10,621 nucleotides of DNA from Chlamydiota bacterium (GTDB lineage: Bacteria; Auribacterota; Tritonobacteria; UBA1439), in contig JBAXOY010000104.1 in NCBI GenBank assembly GCA_037133055.1, positions 1 to 10,621 of the forward strand, written 5' to 3'. A program made the position numbers and the translations under genes. Shown here piece by piece: positions 1-8,314 of the stretch (position 1 is its first letter; every line of letters begins with the position of its first letter). The notes under the pieces were generated by a model, which ran no database searches, had not been told where the DNA came from, and saw only the letters and a list, made by a program, of their open reading frames with translations.

Positions 1-582
1 CACCTCCGGCAGGATGTGGGTGGAGAGAAGGATGGTGTACTCGCCCCCGAGCTGCTTGATCAGGGCCCGCACCTGGCGGACCTGGTTGGGGTCGAGCCCT
101 ATGGTCGGCTCGTCGAGGATGAGGACCTTCGGGTCGTGGATGAGCGCCTCGGCGAGGCCGACGCGCTGGCGATACCCCTTCGAGAGCTGGCCGATGATGC
201 GGTGCCGGACGTCCGCGACCAGCGTCTTCTCCATGACGTCTTTCAGGCGCGTCGCGCGGGCCCTGCGGGGCACCCCCTTGAGGCGGGCGCGGTAGTCGAG
301 GTACTCCCCGACGCGCATGTCCGGGTACAGGGGGACGTTCTCCGGGAGGTAGCCGATGATCCTGCGCACGTCGAGCGACTGGCGGAAGATGTCGAAGCCG
401 GCGACCGTGGCGGTGCCGGAGGTGGGGGGCATGAAGCAGGTGAGCATCCGCATCGTGGTGGTCTTCCCGGCGCCGTTCGGGCCGAGGAAGCCGAGGATCT
501 CGCCCTTTCCGACGTGGAACGAGATGTCGTCCACCGCGCGCGTGACCGCGTAGCTCTTGCTGAGATTGCGTGCGTCAATCAT
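1..582 (-). CDS. ABC transporter ATP-binding protein (ABC-2/GldA-like), 3'-truncated by the window edge
   Basis: Not in the ORF track; translated by hand from ATG at 582 (SD AGGGAGG upstream): MIDARNLSKSY...GEILGFLGPNGAGKTT (Walker A)...GYLPE...LSKGYRQRVGLA (signature)...VLILDEPT (Walker B)...LSTH (H-loop). Confidence 0.93.
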   Translation of the reverse strand, partial: MIDARNLSKSYAVTRAVDDISFHVGKGEILGFLGPNGAGKTTTMRMLTCFMPPTSGTATVAGFDIFRQSLDVRRIIGYLPENVPLYPDMRVGEYLDYRARLKGVPRRARATRLKDVMEKTLVADVRHRIIGQLSKGYRQRVGLAEALIHDPKVLILDEPTIGLDPNQVRQVRALIKQLGGEYTILLSTHILPEV

Positions 583-668
583 GGCGCTCGATTCCTCCCT
601 TGACCACGGACAGCCCCGCCCTCCCCGGCTCGCGGGAGCACGGGACGCGCTGCGGCGCTGCGGCGCCC

Positions 669-881
669 TTACTTCGGCAGAACCCTTGGACGATAGCCGA
701 TCTTCCCCTCGACGAACTCGCGCAGGGCGATATCGGACACGTTGAGCCCATGGATATTATCGATCAGCGGCACCGCGCCCCGGTCAAGCTGCTTGATCCG
801 CTTGGCGACGATGTTGACGAGAAGCGGGCTGCTCCCCGCCTTTCGCACTCCCTCGATGAGCATCTTCCTCTTCTCCTCCAC
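669..881 (-). CDS. rpoZ: DNA-directed RNA polymerase subunit omega (short type)
   Basis: 70 aa with the omega pattern LVNIVAKRIKQL..GAVPLI...DIALREFVEGKI. GTG start at 881 has GGAGG 8 nt upstream; ATG at 863 is an alternative start. Confidence 0.8.
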   Translation of the reverse strand: MEEKRKMLIEGVRKAGSSPLLVNIVAKRIKQLDRGAVPLIDNIHGLNVSDIALREFVEGKIGYRPRVLPK

Positions 882-934
882 GGTGCGTCCCTCCGGGTGA
901 CTCCTGCCGCGCCGGAACCGCCGTGCAAAGATTC

Positions 935-980
935 GACGCCGGCCGCGGGAAAACGTTCACGATTTTTTCGGATTTTTCGC
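935..980 (-). promoter_or_regulatory. Putative ECF-sigma promoter upstream of rpoZ, with A-tract UP element
   Basis: Minus strand TGAAC (959-955)-N16-CGTC (938-935) matches the AAC-N16-CGT ECF pattern. Two A-tracts lie just upstream (978-974, 968-963). Confidence 0.4.
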
Positions 981-1050
981 TCCGGCCCCCCCCTTTCCTC
1001 CCCGCGCACGCGCCGCGGAAGAGAAATCAGCGGAAAAGGCTCCCGGCGCG

Positions 1051-1098
1051 AAAAAGCCGAATCCCGGGGAAGGCGCACGCGCCTCCCCCGGGAATTCG
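1051..1098 (-). terminator. Rho-independent terminator after groEL
   Basis: Long GC hairpin (minus strand CGAATTCCCGGGGGAGGCGC-GT-GCGCCTTCCCCGGGATTCG) followed by GCTTTTT, starting 17 nt after the groEL stop. Confidence 0.75.
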
Positions 1099-1115
1099 AT
1101 CTTCTCCGGCGCGGC

Positions 1116-2804
<1,689 letters not shown>

Positions 2805-3092
2805 TTAGCTTATGACCGCGAGCACGTCCTCTTCCCTGAGGATGAGGTGCTCCTTGTCGGCGATCGTCACCTCAGTGCCGGCGTATTTCCCGATGAGGAC
2901 CGTGTCGCCCTTCTTGACCTCGAAGGGGATCAGCTTCCCGTCTTCGTCCCTCTTGCCCGTGCCGATCTCGATCACCTTCGCCTGCATCGGCTTTTCCTTC
3001 GCGGTGTCGGGTATGATGATGCCGCCCTTCTTCACCTCGGCATCCTCTATCCGCAACACCAGAATCCTGTCGCTCAGGGGCTTAATCTTCAT
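2805..3092 (-). CDS. groES: Co-chaperonin GroES (Cpn10)
   Basis: 95 aa; [37 protein letters not shown]; immediately upstream of groEL; SD AAGGAG. Confidence 0.99.
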   Translation of the reverse strand: MKIKPLSDRILVLRIEDAEVKKGGIIIPDTAKEKPMQAKVIEIGTGKRDEDGKLIPFEVKKGDTVLIGKYAGTEVTIADKEHLILREEDVLAVIS

Positions 3093-3129
3093 CGTGCTTC
3101 TCCTTTCGTCCGTCGTTATAGGGGGATTA

Positions 3130-3157
3130 AGTATAGTCGATTTGCGCGCAATATCAA
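3130..3157 (-). promoter_or_regulatory. Putative sigma70-type promoter for groES-groEL
   Basis: Minus strand TTGATA (3157-3152)-N16-TATACT (3135-3130) in an AT-rich patch ~40 nt upstream of the groES ATG. Confidence 0.65.
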
Positions 3158-3250
3158 GCCTTATCGTGCGAACCCGTGCGGGTGCGTCGCATCACCTCCT
3201 TGTGCCGCGCCTTTCCGGGCGCCGCGTCCGTGTCGGGGGGGTCTTCCCAT

Positions 3251-3337
3251 CCCCCGCCCTTCCCCTTCCCCCGGCTACGGTCCCCTCGGCAATCCTCGGG
3301 GTCTTCGACGGGACAAGCTCCCCTCAGGAGGGGAGGG
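3251..3337. repeat. REP-like palindromic element (apparently nested) downstream of dnaK
   Basis: Hairpin CTCCCCT-CAGG-AGGGGAG with a C-rich flank (CCCCCGCCCTTCCCC), separated by a second structured segment GGCTACGGTCCC...TTCGACGGGACAAG. Only one copy in the window, so repeat status is inferred. Confidence 0.4.
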
Positions 3338-3355
3338 AAAGTGAAACCGGGCGCC

Positions 3356-5290
3356 CTACTTCTTGTCGTCGTCCACGACCTCGTAATCGGCGTCGATCAC
3401 GTCGTCGCCGCCCTTTTTATGCGGGGCCTCTTCCTGGGAACCGGGGCCGCCCTGCTGCGGGCCCGCCTGCGGGCCCGGGTGCGCCTTCGGCCCGGCCTGG
3501 GCATACAGCTCCGACGAGACAGCGTGCCAGGCCTGCGTCAGGGCCTCCGAGGCGGACTTCATCTCCTCGATGTCGTCCTTTTTCACCGCCTCCCGGACGC
3601 GCTCCATGGCGGCCTTCAGCTTCTCCTGCTGCTCGGGGGATATCTTCCCGGCGTGCTCCTTCAGGAGCTTCTCGGCCTCGTAGACCGCGGCCTCGGACCG
3701 GTTCTTGGTCTCGACCTTCTCCCTCCGCGCCTTGTCTTCGCCCGCGTGGAGCTCGGCGTCCTTGACCATCTGCTTGATGTCGTTCTCCTTCAGGCCGCTC
3801 GAGGCGGTGATCTTGATCGACTGCTCCTTGCCCGTCCCGAGGTCCTTCGCGGAGACGTGGAGGATGCCGTTCGCGTCTATGTCGAAGGTCACCTCGATCT
3901 GCGGGATACCGCGGGGCGCCGGCGGGATGCCCACAAGCTGGAAGTTTCCGATCAGCTTGTTGTCGCCCGCCATCTCGCGCTCGCCCTGGAGCACGCGGAT
4001 GTCCACGCTCGTCTGGCTGTCGGAGGCCGTCGAGAAGATCTCGCTTTTCTTCGTCGGGATGGTGGTGTTCCGGTCGATGAGGCGGGTCGTCACTCCCCCG
4101 AGCGTTTCGATGCCGAGAGAGAGCGGGGTGACGTCGAGGAGCAGGACATCCTTCACCTCGCCCTTCAGGACGCCGGCCTGGATGGCGGCGCCGACCGCGA
4201 CCACCTCGTCGGGGTTCACGCCCTTGTGGGGCTCCTTCCCGAAGAGCTTCTTCACGGTCTCCTGCACCTTGGGCATGCGGGTCTGTCCGCCGACGAGGAT
4301 CACCTCGTCGATCTTCTCGACCGCGATGCCCGAGTCCTCGATGGCCCTCTTGCAGGGCCCGATGGTCCTCTCGATGAGGTCGGCCACGAGCTGCTCGAGT
4401 TTCGAGCGGGTGAGCTTGAGGACCAGGTGCTTCGGCCCGGAAGAGTCCGCCGTGGTGAACGGGAGGTTGAGCTCGGTCTCCGTCACCGAGGAGAGTTCGC
4501 ACTTCGCCTTCTCCGCGGCCTCCTTCAGCCGCTGCAGGGCCATCTTGTCCTGGCGAAGGTCGATCCCCTGCTCGCGTTTGAACTCGTCGGCGATCCAGTC
4601 CACGACCCTCTGGTCGAAATCGTCTCCGCCGAGATGGGTGTCGCCGTTCGTGGACTTCACCTCGAAGACGCCGTCACCGATCTCGAGGATGGAGATGTCG
4701 AAGGTGCCTCCCCCGAGGTCGTACACGGCGATCTTCTCGTCCTTCTTCTTGTCCAATCCGTAGGCGAGCGCCGCCGCCGTGGGCTCGTTGATGATGCGGA
4801 GCACCTCGAGGCCCGCGATGCGGCCCGCGTCCTTGGTGGCCTGCCGCTGGCTGTCGTTGAAATACGCGGGGACCGTGATCACCGCCTGGGTGACCTTTTC
4901 GCCGAGGTACGCCTCGGCGTCGCTCTTCATCTTCTGGAGGATTATGGAGGAGACCTCGGGCGGCGACATCGTCTTGCCGCCGGCGATGACGTTCGCGTCG
5001 CCGTTCGCCGCGCGCACGACCTTGTAGGGGACGAGCTTGATCTCGCTCCCCACCTCGTCGTATTTCCTCCCCATGAAACGCTTGATGGAGAAGATGGTGT
5101 TGTCGTAGTTCGTGACCGCCTGCCGCTTCGCGGTCTGCCCCACGAGCCGCTCGCCCGTCTTCGTGATGGCCACGACCGAGGGCGTCACGCGGTTGCCCTC
5201 CGCGTTCGGGATGACCACGGGCTCGCCCCCCTGCATCACCGCCACGCACGAGTTCGTGGTGCCGAGATCTATGCCGATAACCTTGGACAT
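3356..5290 (-). CDS. dnaK: Molecular chaperone DnaK (Hsp70)
   Basis: 644 aa; [48 protein letters not shown] linker, C-terminal [19 protein letters not shown]. Confidence 0.99.
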   Translation of the reverse strand: MSKVIGIDLGTTNSCVAVMQGGEPVVIPNAEGNRVTPSVVAITKTGERLVGQTAKRQAVTNYDNTIFSIKRFMGRKYDEVGSEIKLVPYKVVRAANGDANVIAGGKTMSPPEVSSIILQKMKSDAEAYLGEKVTQAVITVPAYFNDSQRQATKDAGRIAGLEVLRIINEPTAAALAYGLDKKKDEKIAVYDLGGGTFDISILEIGDGVFEVKSTNGDTHLGGDDFDQRVVDWIADEFKREQGIDLRQDKMALQRLKEAAEKAKCELSSVTETELNLPFTTADSSGPKHLVLKLTRSKLEQLVADLIERTIGPCKRAIEDSGIAVEKIDEVILVGGQTRMPKVQETVKKLFGKEPHKGVNPDEVVAVGAAIQAGVLKGEVKDVLLLDVTPLSLGIETLGGVTTRLIDRNTTIPTKKSEIFSTASDSQTSVDIRVLQGEREMAGDNKLIGNFQLVGIPPAPRGIPQIEVTFDIDANGILHVSAKDLGTGKEQSIKITASSGLKENDIKQMVKDAELHAGEDKARREKVETKNRSEAAVYEAEKLLKEHAGKISPEQQEKLKAAMERVREAVKKDDIEEMKSASEALTQAWHAVSSELYAQAGPKAHPGPQAGPQQGGPGSQEEAPHKKGGDDVIDADYEVVDDDKK

Positions 5291-5338
5291 TTGTTTCCTC
5301 CTTTAGTGGATTACCATACGAGAATCCGGGTTAATAAG

Positions 5339-5354
5339 AGCAAGAATCATTCCA
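5339..5354 (-). promoter_or_regulatory. Putative sigma54 (-24/-12) promoter of dnaK
   Basis: Minus strand TGGAATGATTCTTGCT vs consensus TGGCACGNNNNTTGCW, with exact GG-N10-GC spacing. Implies a TSS near 5328, ~38 nt before the dnaK ATG. Confidence 0.65.
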
Positions 5355-5450
5355 TCGGCGAAGACGCCGGACCAATAGCTTTAATTCACTACTTCGCAAA
5401 TAATTACGCAATTACCGGAATCCGACGAATGGAGGACGGCCATGGACTGG

Positions 5451-5509
5451 TGGGACATAGTTGCCCTTTGGCGACACCGCGGAAGTCGCAGGTGCGACAG
5501 AATGTCTCG
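5451..5509. promoter_or_regulatory. Candidate tandem enhancer (UAS) sites for a sigma54 activator
   Basis: Two related imperfect palindromes, GGGACA-TAG-TTGCCC (5452-5466) and GCGACA-GAA-TGTCTC (5494-5508), 42 bp apart and ~130 and ~170 bp upstream of the predicted TSS. Confidence 0.45.
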
Positions 5510-5521
5510 CGGTTTGAACAA
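5501..5521 (+). repeat. Left boundary direct repeat (attL/TSD-like)
   Basis: AATGTCTCGCGGTTTGAACAA; 18/21 identical to 7483-7503. Confidence 0.6.
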
Positions 5522-5535
5522 CTATAACGTACTGC

Positions 5536-5740
5536 CTCACCACGGAGAACACGGAGAGCACGGAGATTCACGGAGGATAATGTTCGACTCGAATGAACAC
5601 GGATAAGGAATCCGCCACGAAAGACACGAAGAAAGAGGGCCATGGTTTAACCGCGGATTTGACGGATTGCGCGGATTACGGTTTGAACCGCGTGAACGGA
5701 TTTAACAGATGGTTCTCACCTCGGAGGGCACAAAGACACC
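5536..5740 (+). repeat. Cluster of 9-bp-periodic short direct repeats (CACGGAG / CACGAA / CGCGGAT variants)
   Basis: CACGGAG at 5541, 5550, 5559, 5569; CACGGAT at 5598; CACGAA at 5616, 5625; CGCGGAT/GACGGAT/CGCGGAT at 5652, 5661, 5670; CACCTCGGAGGGCACAAAGACAC at 5717. Confidence 0.8.
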
Positions 5741-5918
5741 CGACAAGGAAGCGGGCGGATTTGTCGTATGATGCCCGACTCTCAAGGGCTGTGTCTCCCA
5801 GGGTGATACCAGGGAAGAGGCACTCAGGAACATCAGAGATGCTATCCGTACATATCGTGCGAGCATCCGCGACCTGACAAAGATCAAAAAATCCGCGATG
5901 GTAGAAGTTACGGCATGA
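5709..5918 (+). pseudogene. hicB: HicB-family antitoxin (short type) with in-frame stop
   Basis: Hand translation from 5739: PDKEAGGFVV*CPTLKGCVSQGDTREEALRNIRDAIRTYRASIRDLTKIKKSAMVEVTA*. This is the HicB P-L-GC-SQG-T-EEA--NI-DAI pattern. Internal TGA at 5769-5771; the only in-frame ATG (5709) lies inside the repeat cluster. Confidence 0.85.
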
Positions 5919-5938
5919 GTAAACTTCCTCAGGTGTCA
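5915..5938 (+). pseudogene. hicA: N-terminal fragment of a HicA-family toxin
   Basis: ATGA overlap with the hicB stop. MSKLPQVS is a typical HicA start; similarity then ends and the frame stops at 5984-5986. Confidence 0.65.
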
Positions 5939-5980
5939 CAAATCCGCGAGACGCCTTGTTCTCCCGCCCCTATCCGTAGC

Positions 5981-6039
5981 GCCTGAACAACCACCTGTCG
6001 AGGAGCGCACCTTCCCTTGCGGCAGGGCAACTTTCAGGC
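5981..6039. other. 59-bp imperfect palindrome with attC-like (or REP-like) architecture
   Basis: GCCTGAA(C)-AACCA-CCTGTCG...CGGCAGG-GCAAC-(T)TTCAGGC: outer arms, 5-nt unpaired spacers, inner arms. Confidence 0.4.
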
Positions 6040-6125
6040 CCACCGCATCGAGATAATTCGATGTTGTTTCACCGCGGAGCTCGCAGAGATCGCGCCCGGC
6101 CCCCTGGCCCGGCGTGACGCAGGAC

Positions 6126-6191
6126 GTTATGTGCAAAATATTATGTCATATTGTGCACATTATATTGTTGTTTTGTGCATACTAATATGTT
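6126..6191 (+). repeat. Three tandem 22-bp AT-rich iteron-like direct repeats
   Basis: GTTATGTGCAAAATATTATGTC / ATATTGTGCACATTATATTGTT / GTTTTGTGCATACTAATATGTT; TGTGCA at 6130, 6152, 6174; 13 of 22 positions invariant. Confidence 0.85.
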
Positions 6192-6196
6192 ATGCT
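6168..6196 (+). promoter_or_regulatory. Putative sigma70 promoter of the AAA+ gene, overlapping the 22-bp repeats
   Basis: TTGTTT (6168-6173)-N17-TATGCT (6191-6196) with an extended -10 TG at 6188-6189; SD GGAGGAGG follows. Confidence 0.45.
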
Positions 6197-6218
6197 TTTT
6201 TCGGGAGGAGGTGTGGCT

Positions 6219-7439
6219 ATGAAATATATTTCACGATGGATGGAGGCAAGGCTTGCCGAAGCCCTTGCCTCGCACCCGGTAGTCGTTTTAACCGGCCCAC
6301 GGCAGGTGGGCAAAAGCACGCTTTTAAAGCACGCGGAATTTTTAAAAGACTGGCGGTACTTGACCCTGGACGATCCAGACGCATTGGAACAGGCCCGGGA
6401 AGACCCAAAAGGCCTTTTTTGGGAAGATACGCCGACGATCATTGACGAAGCCCAGCGATGCACCGAACTTTTACTGACGGTAAAATATTATGTCGATCAA
6501 TCCGAGCGCCGCAGGCATTTTATCCTTTCGGGTTCCGGAAATATGTCATTACGGCAGGTGCCTCGGGAAACATTGGCGGGGAGGGCCGCGTATTTGCATT
6601 TGACCGGGTTTGGGTTCAGGGAATTACACGGACTGACTGTGCATGGTGTTCTTGACCAGATATGGGAAGGACGGGAGGTCGAGGCGTTACATGTCACCTC
6701 CAGCGCTGATATGGCGCACGCGATATGGAGGGGATGCCTGCCGGGGGTTGTGCTGGCTCCCAATGAGAAAATAGCCCTCGAGCGGCTGAGCAGTTATATA
6801 GATACCTATATCCAGCGGGATATTCAGGACCTGGTAAGGATCAGGCATCCGCAGCGTTTCCGCCGTTTGATGGAAGCACTGGCACAGGCGACAGGATGGG
6901 AATCCGTGCAGGAGGAGTTGTCCAAAGCATGCGGAGAGACGAGGACGAATGTCAGCAGGTATATGAGCTTATTACGAGATACAAATCTTCTGTATGAACT
7001 CAGGGGCTACGCAGTTAAAAGTGAGCGATCCTACAGGCAATCAAAATATTTCTGGTTCGACTCAGGCACGGCTTGTTTCCTCGCCGGCATTCGATCAATC
7101 ACAGATCTTAAAAAAACTCATGTCAGGGGACGGTATTTGGAAAATTATGTCCTTCAGCAGATTTTATCGTGGGCCTCTCTGCATCTGACATCGCCGGAGA
7201 TACTGTATTGGAAGCCAAAGGCCGGAGAGGATGAGGTTGATTTTGTCGTGTGCTCGGCAGGCAAGGCTGTCGGGATAGAAGTGAAGTCTTCAGAACGGAT
7301 CTCGTTTGGCGATACGAGGCCTATGCGCGCATTCCTTAAATCCCACCCGCACGTTGCCAAGGGTATTATCGTGTATGCGGGGGATAGGATCTATCCGGCT
7401 GCTACAAATATCTACGCTGTTCCCTGGACCGCTTTTTAA
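6219..7439 (+). CDS. AAA+ ATPase with wHTH-like region and C-terminal PD-(D/E)xK nuclease-like domain (COG1373, AAA_14 + DUF4143 type)
   Basis: 406 aa from ATG 6219 (strong SD upstream, so not 6192). GPRQVGKS Walker A, IIDEAQ Walker B, ILSGS, ETLAGR, YIDTYIQRDI, HTH-like ELSKACGETRTNVSRYMSLL, KYFWFDSG, LENYV, EVDFV...IEVK. Confidence 0.92.
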   Translation: MKYISRWMEARLAEALASHPVVVLTGPRQVGKSTLLKHAEFLKDWRYLTLDDPDALEQAREDPKGLFWEDTPTIIDEAQRCTELLLTVKYYVDQSERRRHFILSGSGNMSLRQVPRETLAGRAAYLHLTGFGFRELHGLTVHGVLDQIWEGREVEALHVTSSADMAHAIWRGCLPGVVLAPNEKIALERLSSYIDTYIQRDIQDLVRIRHPQRFRRLMEALAQATGWESVQEELSKACGETRTNVSRYMSLLRDTNLLYELRGYAVKSERSYRQSKYFWFDSGTACFLAGIRSITDLKKTHVRGRYLENYVLQQILSWASLHLTSPEILYWKPKAGEDEVDFVVCSAGKAVGIEVKSSERISFGDTRPMRAFLKSHPHVAKGIIVYAGDRIYPAATNIYAVPWTAF

Positions 7440-7511
7440 GATAAAGGTTTTGGCGCCGAGAGTAATGTTCCACCACAAAGACAACGTCTTGCGGCTTGAA
7501 CAAGGGTTTTT

Positions 7512-7709
7512 TCACCTCAGGATGACCCAGGCGAGCAGGGCGAGAATCACGGCGAGGGCGACGGCGGCGCAGAAAAGCCCCTTCACCCCATAGCGCATCG
7601 CGCCGAAGACGCCGGCGGTCGAGGGGAGCACGGCGCCGCAGAAGATGCAGTTGAGGTTCTCGCCGGGGGTGTCGCCGCCGCAGCGCGGGCACCGCACGTA
7701 CCCTTCCAT
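7512..7709 (-). CDS. Small zinc-ribbon membrane protein (65 aa)
   Basis: ATG at 7709 with GGAG SD, 2 nt after the upstream stop. CPRC...CIFC motif followed by a C-terminal hydrophobic helix (LFCAAVALAVILALLAWVIL). Confidence 0.75.
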   Translation of the reverse strand: MEGYVRCPRCGGDTPGENLNCIFCGAVLPSTAGVFGAMRYGVKGLFCAAVALAVILALLAWVILR

Positions 7710-7711
7710 TG

Positions 7712-8314
7712 TCACTCCGGCGGGAGCACCCCGCTCTGGCGCACCTCGTCGGCGGGGTCGAGCGGGGACGAGGCCGGCTGAGAGGAACCGCTTCGATAAT
7801 TGATCGTGATTTCCGGCGTCGGCTCCGCCGGGCGGAGCCACGCCCGGGGCGAGGACTGGGAGATTGTGCTCCTCTTCGAGGGCTGCGCAGCGCGGACGGG
7901 CCCCATGGGGACCTTCTTCTTCACTTTCCTGCTCCCGCCCGCCAGCGAACTGATCGCGATCTTGATCTTATCCCCCGGCGCCCCGGGTATCCGCGCGCTG
8001 AAACTTCCGTCGGGTCCCACGACACCCTGCCCCGGCGGCGATTTCGGCTTCGCGCTCGAGTTCTCTATCGTGAATGTGGCGGAGGCATTCGGCCCGACGC
8101 GCACCGTCAGCGGCGCCCCCGACACGGTCACGACCCCGCTCGCGTCGGGAGGGGTGACAACGATGAGTTCCTCGGCCACGGAAAAATCCTTCGCGCCGCG
8201 CGCGGACGTCGCGCAGAGCGTGCCGCAGAGGGCGAGCGCCGCGAGCGAGGCGAATCCCGCTCTCCGTGTCCTCCGCGCCTCCGCGGTGGAAACCGCAGGT
8301 GGTGTCGTTTTCAT
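7712..8314 (-). CDS. Secreted hypothetical protein (200 aa), beta-rich/Ig-like domain plus Pro/Ser-rich tail
   Basis: ATG 8314 overlaps the regulator stop (ATGA). Basic n-region RRTRR, hydrophobic h-region, likely cleavage near SARG-A; GVVTVSG, DGSFSARIPGAPGDKIKI strands. Confidence 0.75.
   Translation of the reverse strand: MKTTPPAVSTAEARRTRRAGFASLAALALCGTLCATSARGAKDFSVAEELIVVTPPDASGVVTVSGAPLTVRVGPNASATFTIENSSAKPKSPPGQGVVGPDGSFSARIPGAPGDKIKIAISSLAGGSRKVKKKVPMGPVRAAQPSKRSTISQSSPRAWLRPAEPTPEITINYRSGSSQPASSPLDPADEVRQSGVLPPE

Larger units (their letters stand above)
5501..7503. mobile_element. ~2 kb genomic islet bounded by imperfect direct repeats; no integrase or transposase
   Basis: GC visibly lower than flanks, genes on the opposite strand to all host genes, TA relic and nuclease-ATPase cargo, 18/21-identical direct repeats at both edges. 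Confidence 0.6.

Noticed and set aside
3146..3162. Sigma54 or sigma32 promoter for groES
   Set aside because: GG-to-GC spacing is 9 or 11 rather than 10, and the CTTGA-to-CCCC distance is far too long for sigma32.
3176..5527. 783-aa plus-strand ORF antisense to dnaK
   Set aside because: Well-known antisense shadow of hsp70 genes in GC-rich genomes, often misannotated as NAD-glutamate dehydrogenase; no independent motifs.
5582..5593. GTTCGACTC resembling a tRNA T-loop
   Set aside because: No cloverleaf or acceptor stem around it; only a short palindrome TTCGA-C-TCGAA.
5536..5740. Possible CRISPR array
   Set aside because: Units are 7-9 bp with no constant 23-47 bp repeat or unique spacers, and there are no cas genes.
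5769..5771. In-frame TGA in hicB as selenocysteine or a recoded codon
   Set aside because: TGA is a true stop in groEL, the regulator and hicB itself. The TGA precedes the Cys rather than replacing it, and the partner toxin is truncated, so pseudogenisation is simpler.
5404..6136. Short ORFs 5404-5643, 5593-5877, 5676-5939, 5702-5887 and 5936-6136
   Set aside because: They are translations of the repeat cluster or alternative frames of the hicB relic, with no recognisable domains.
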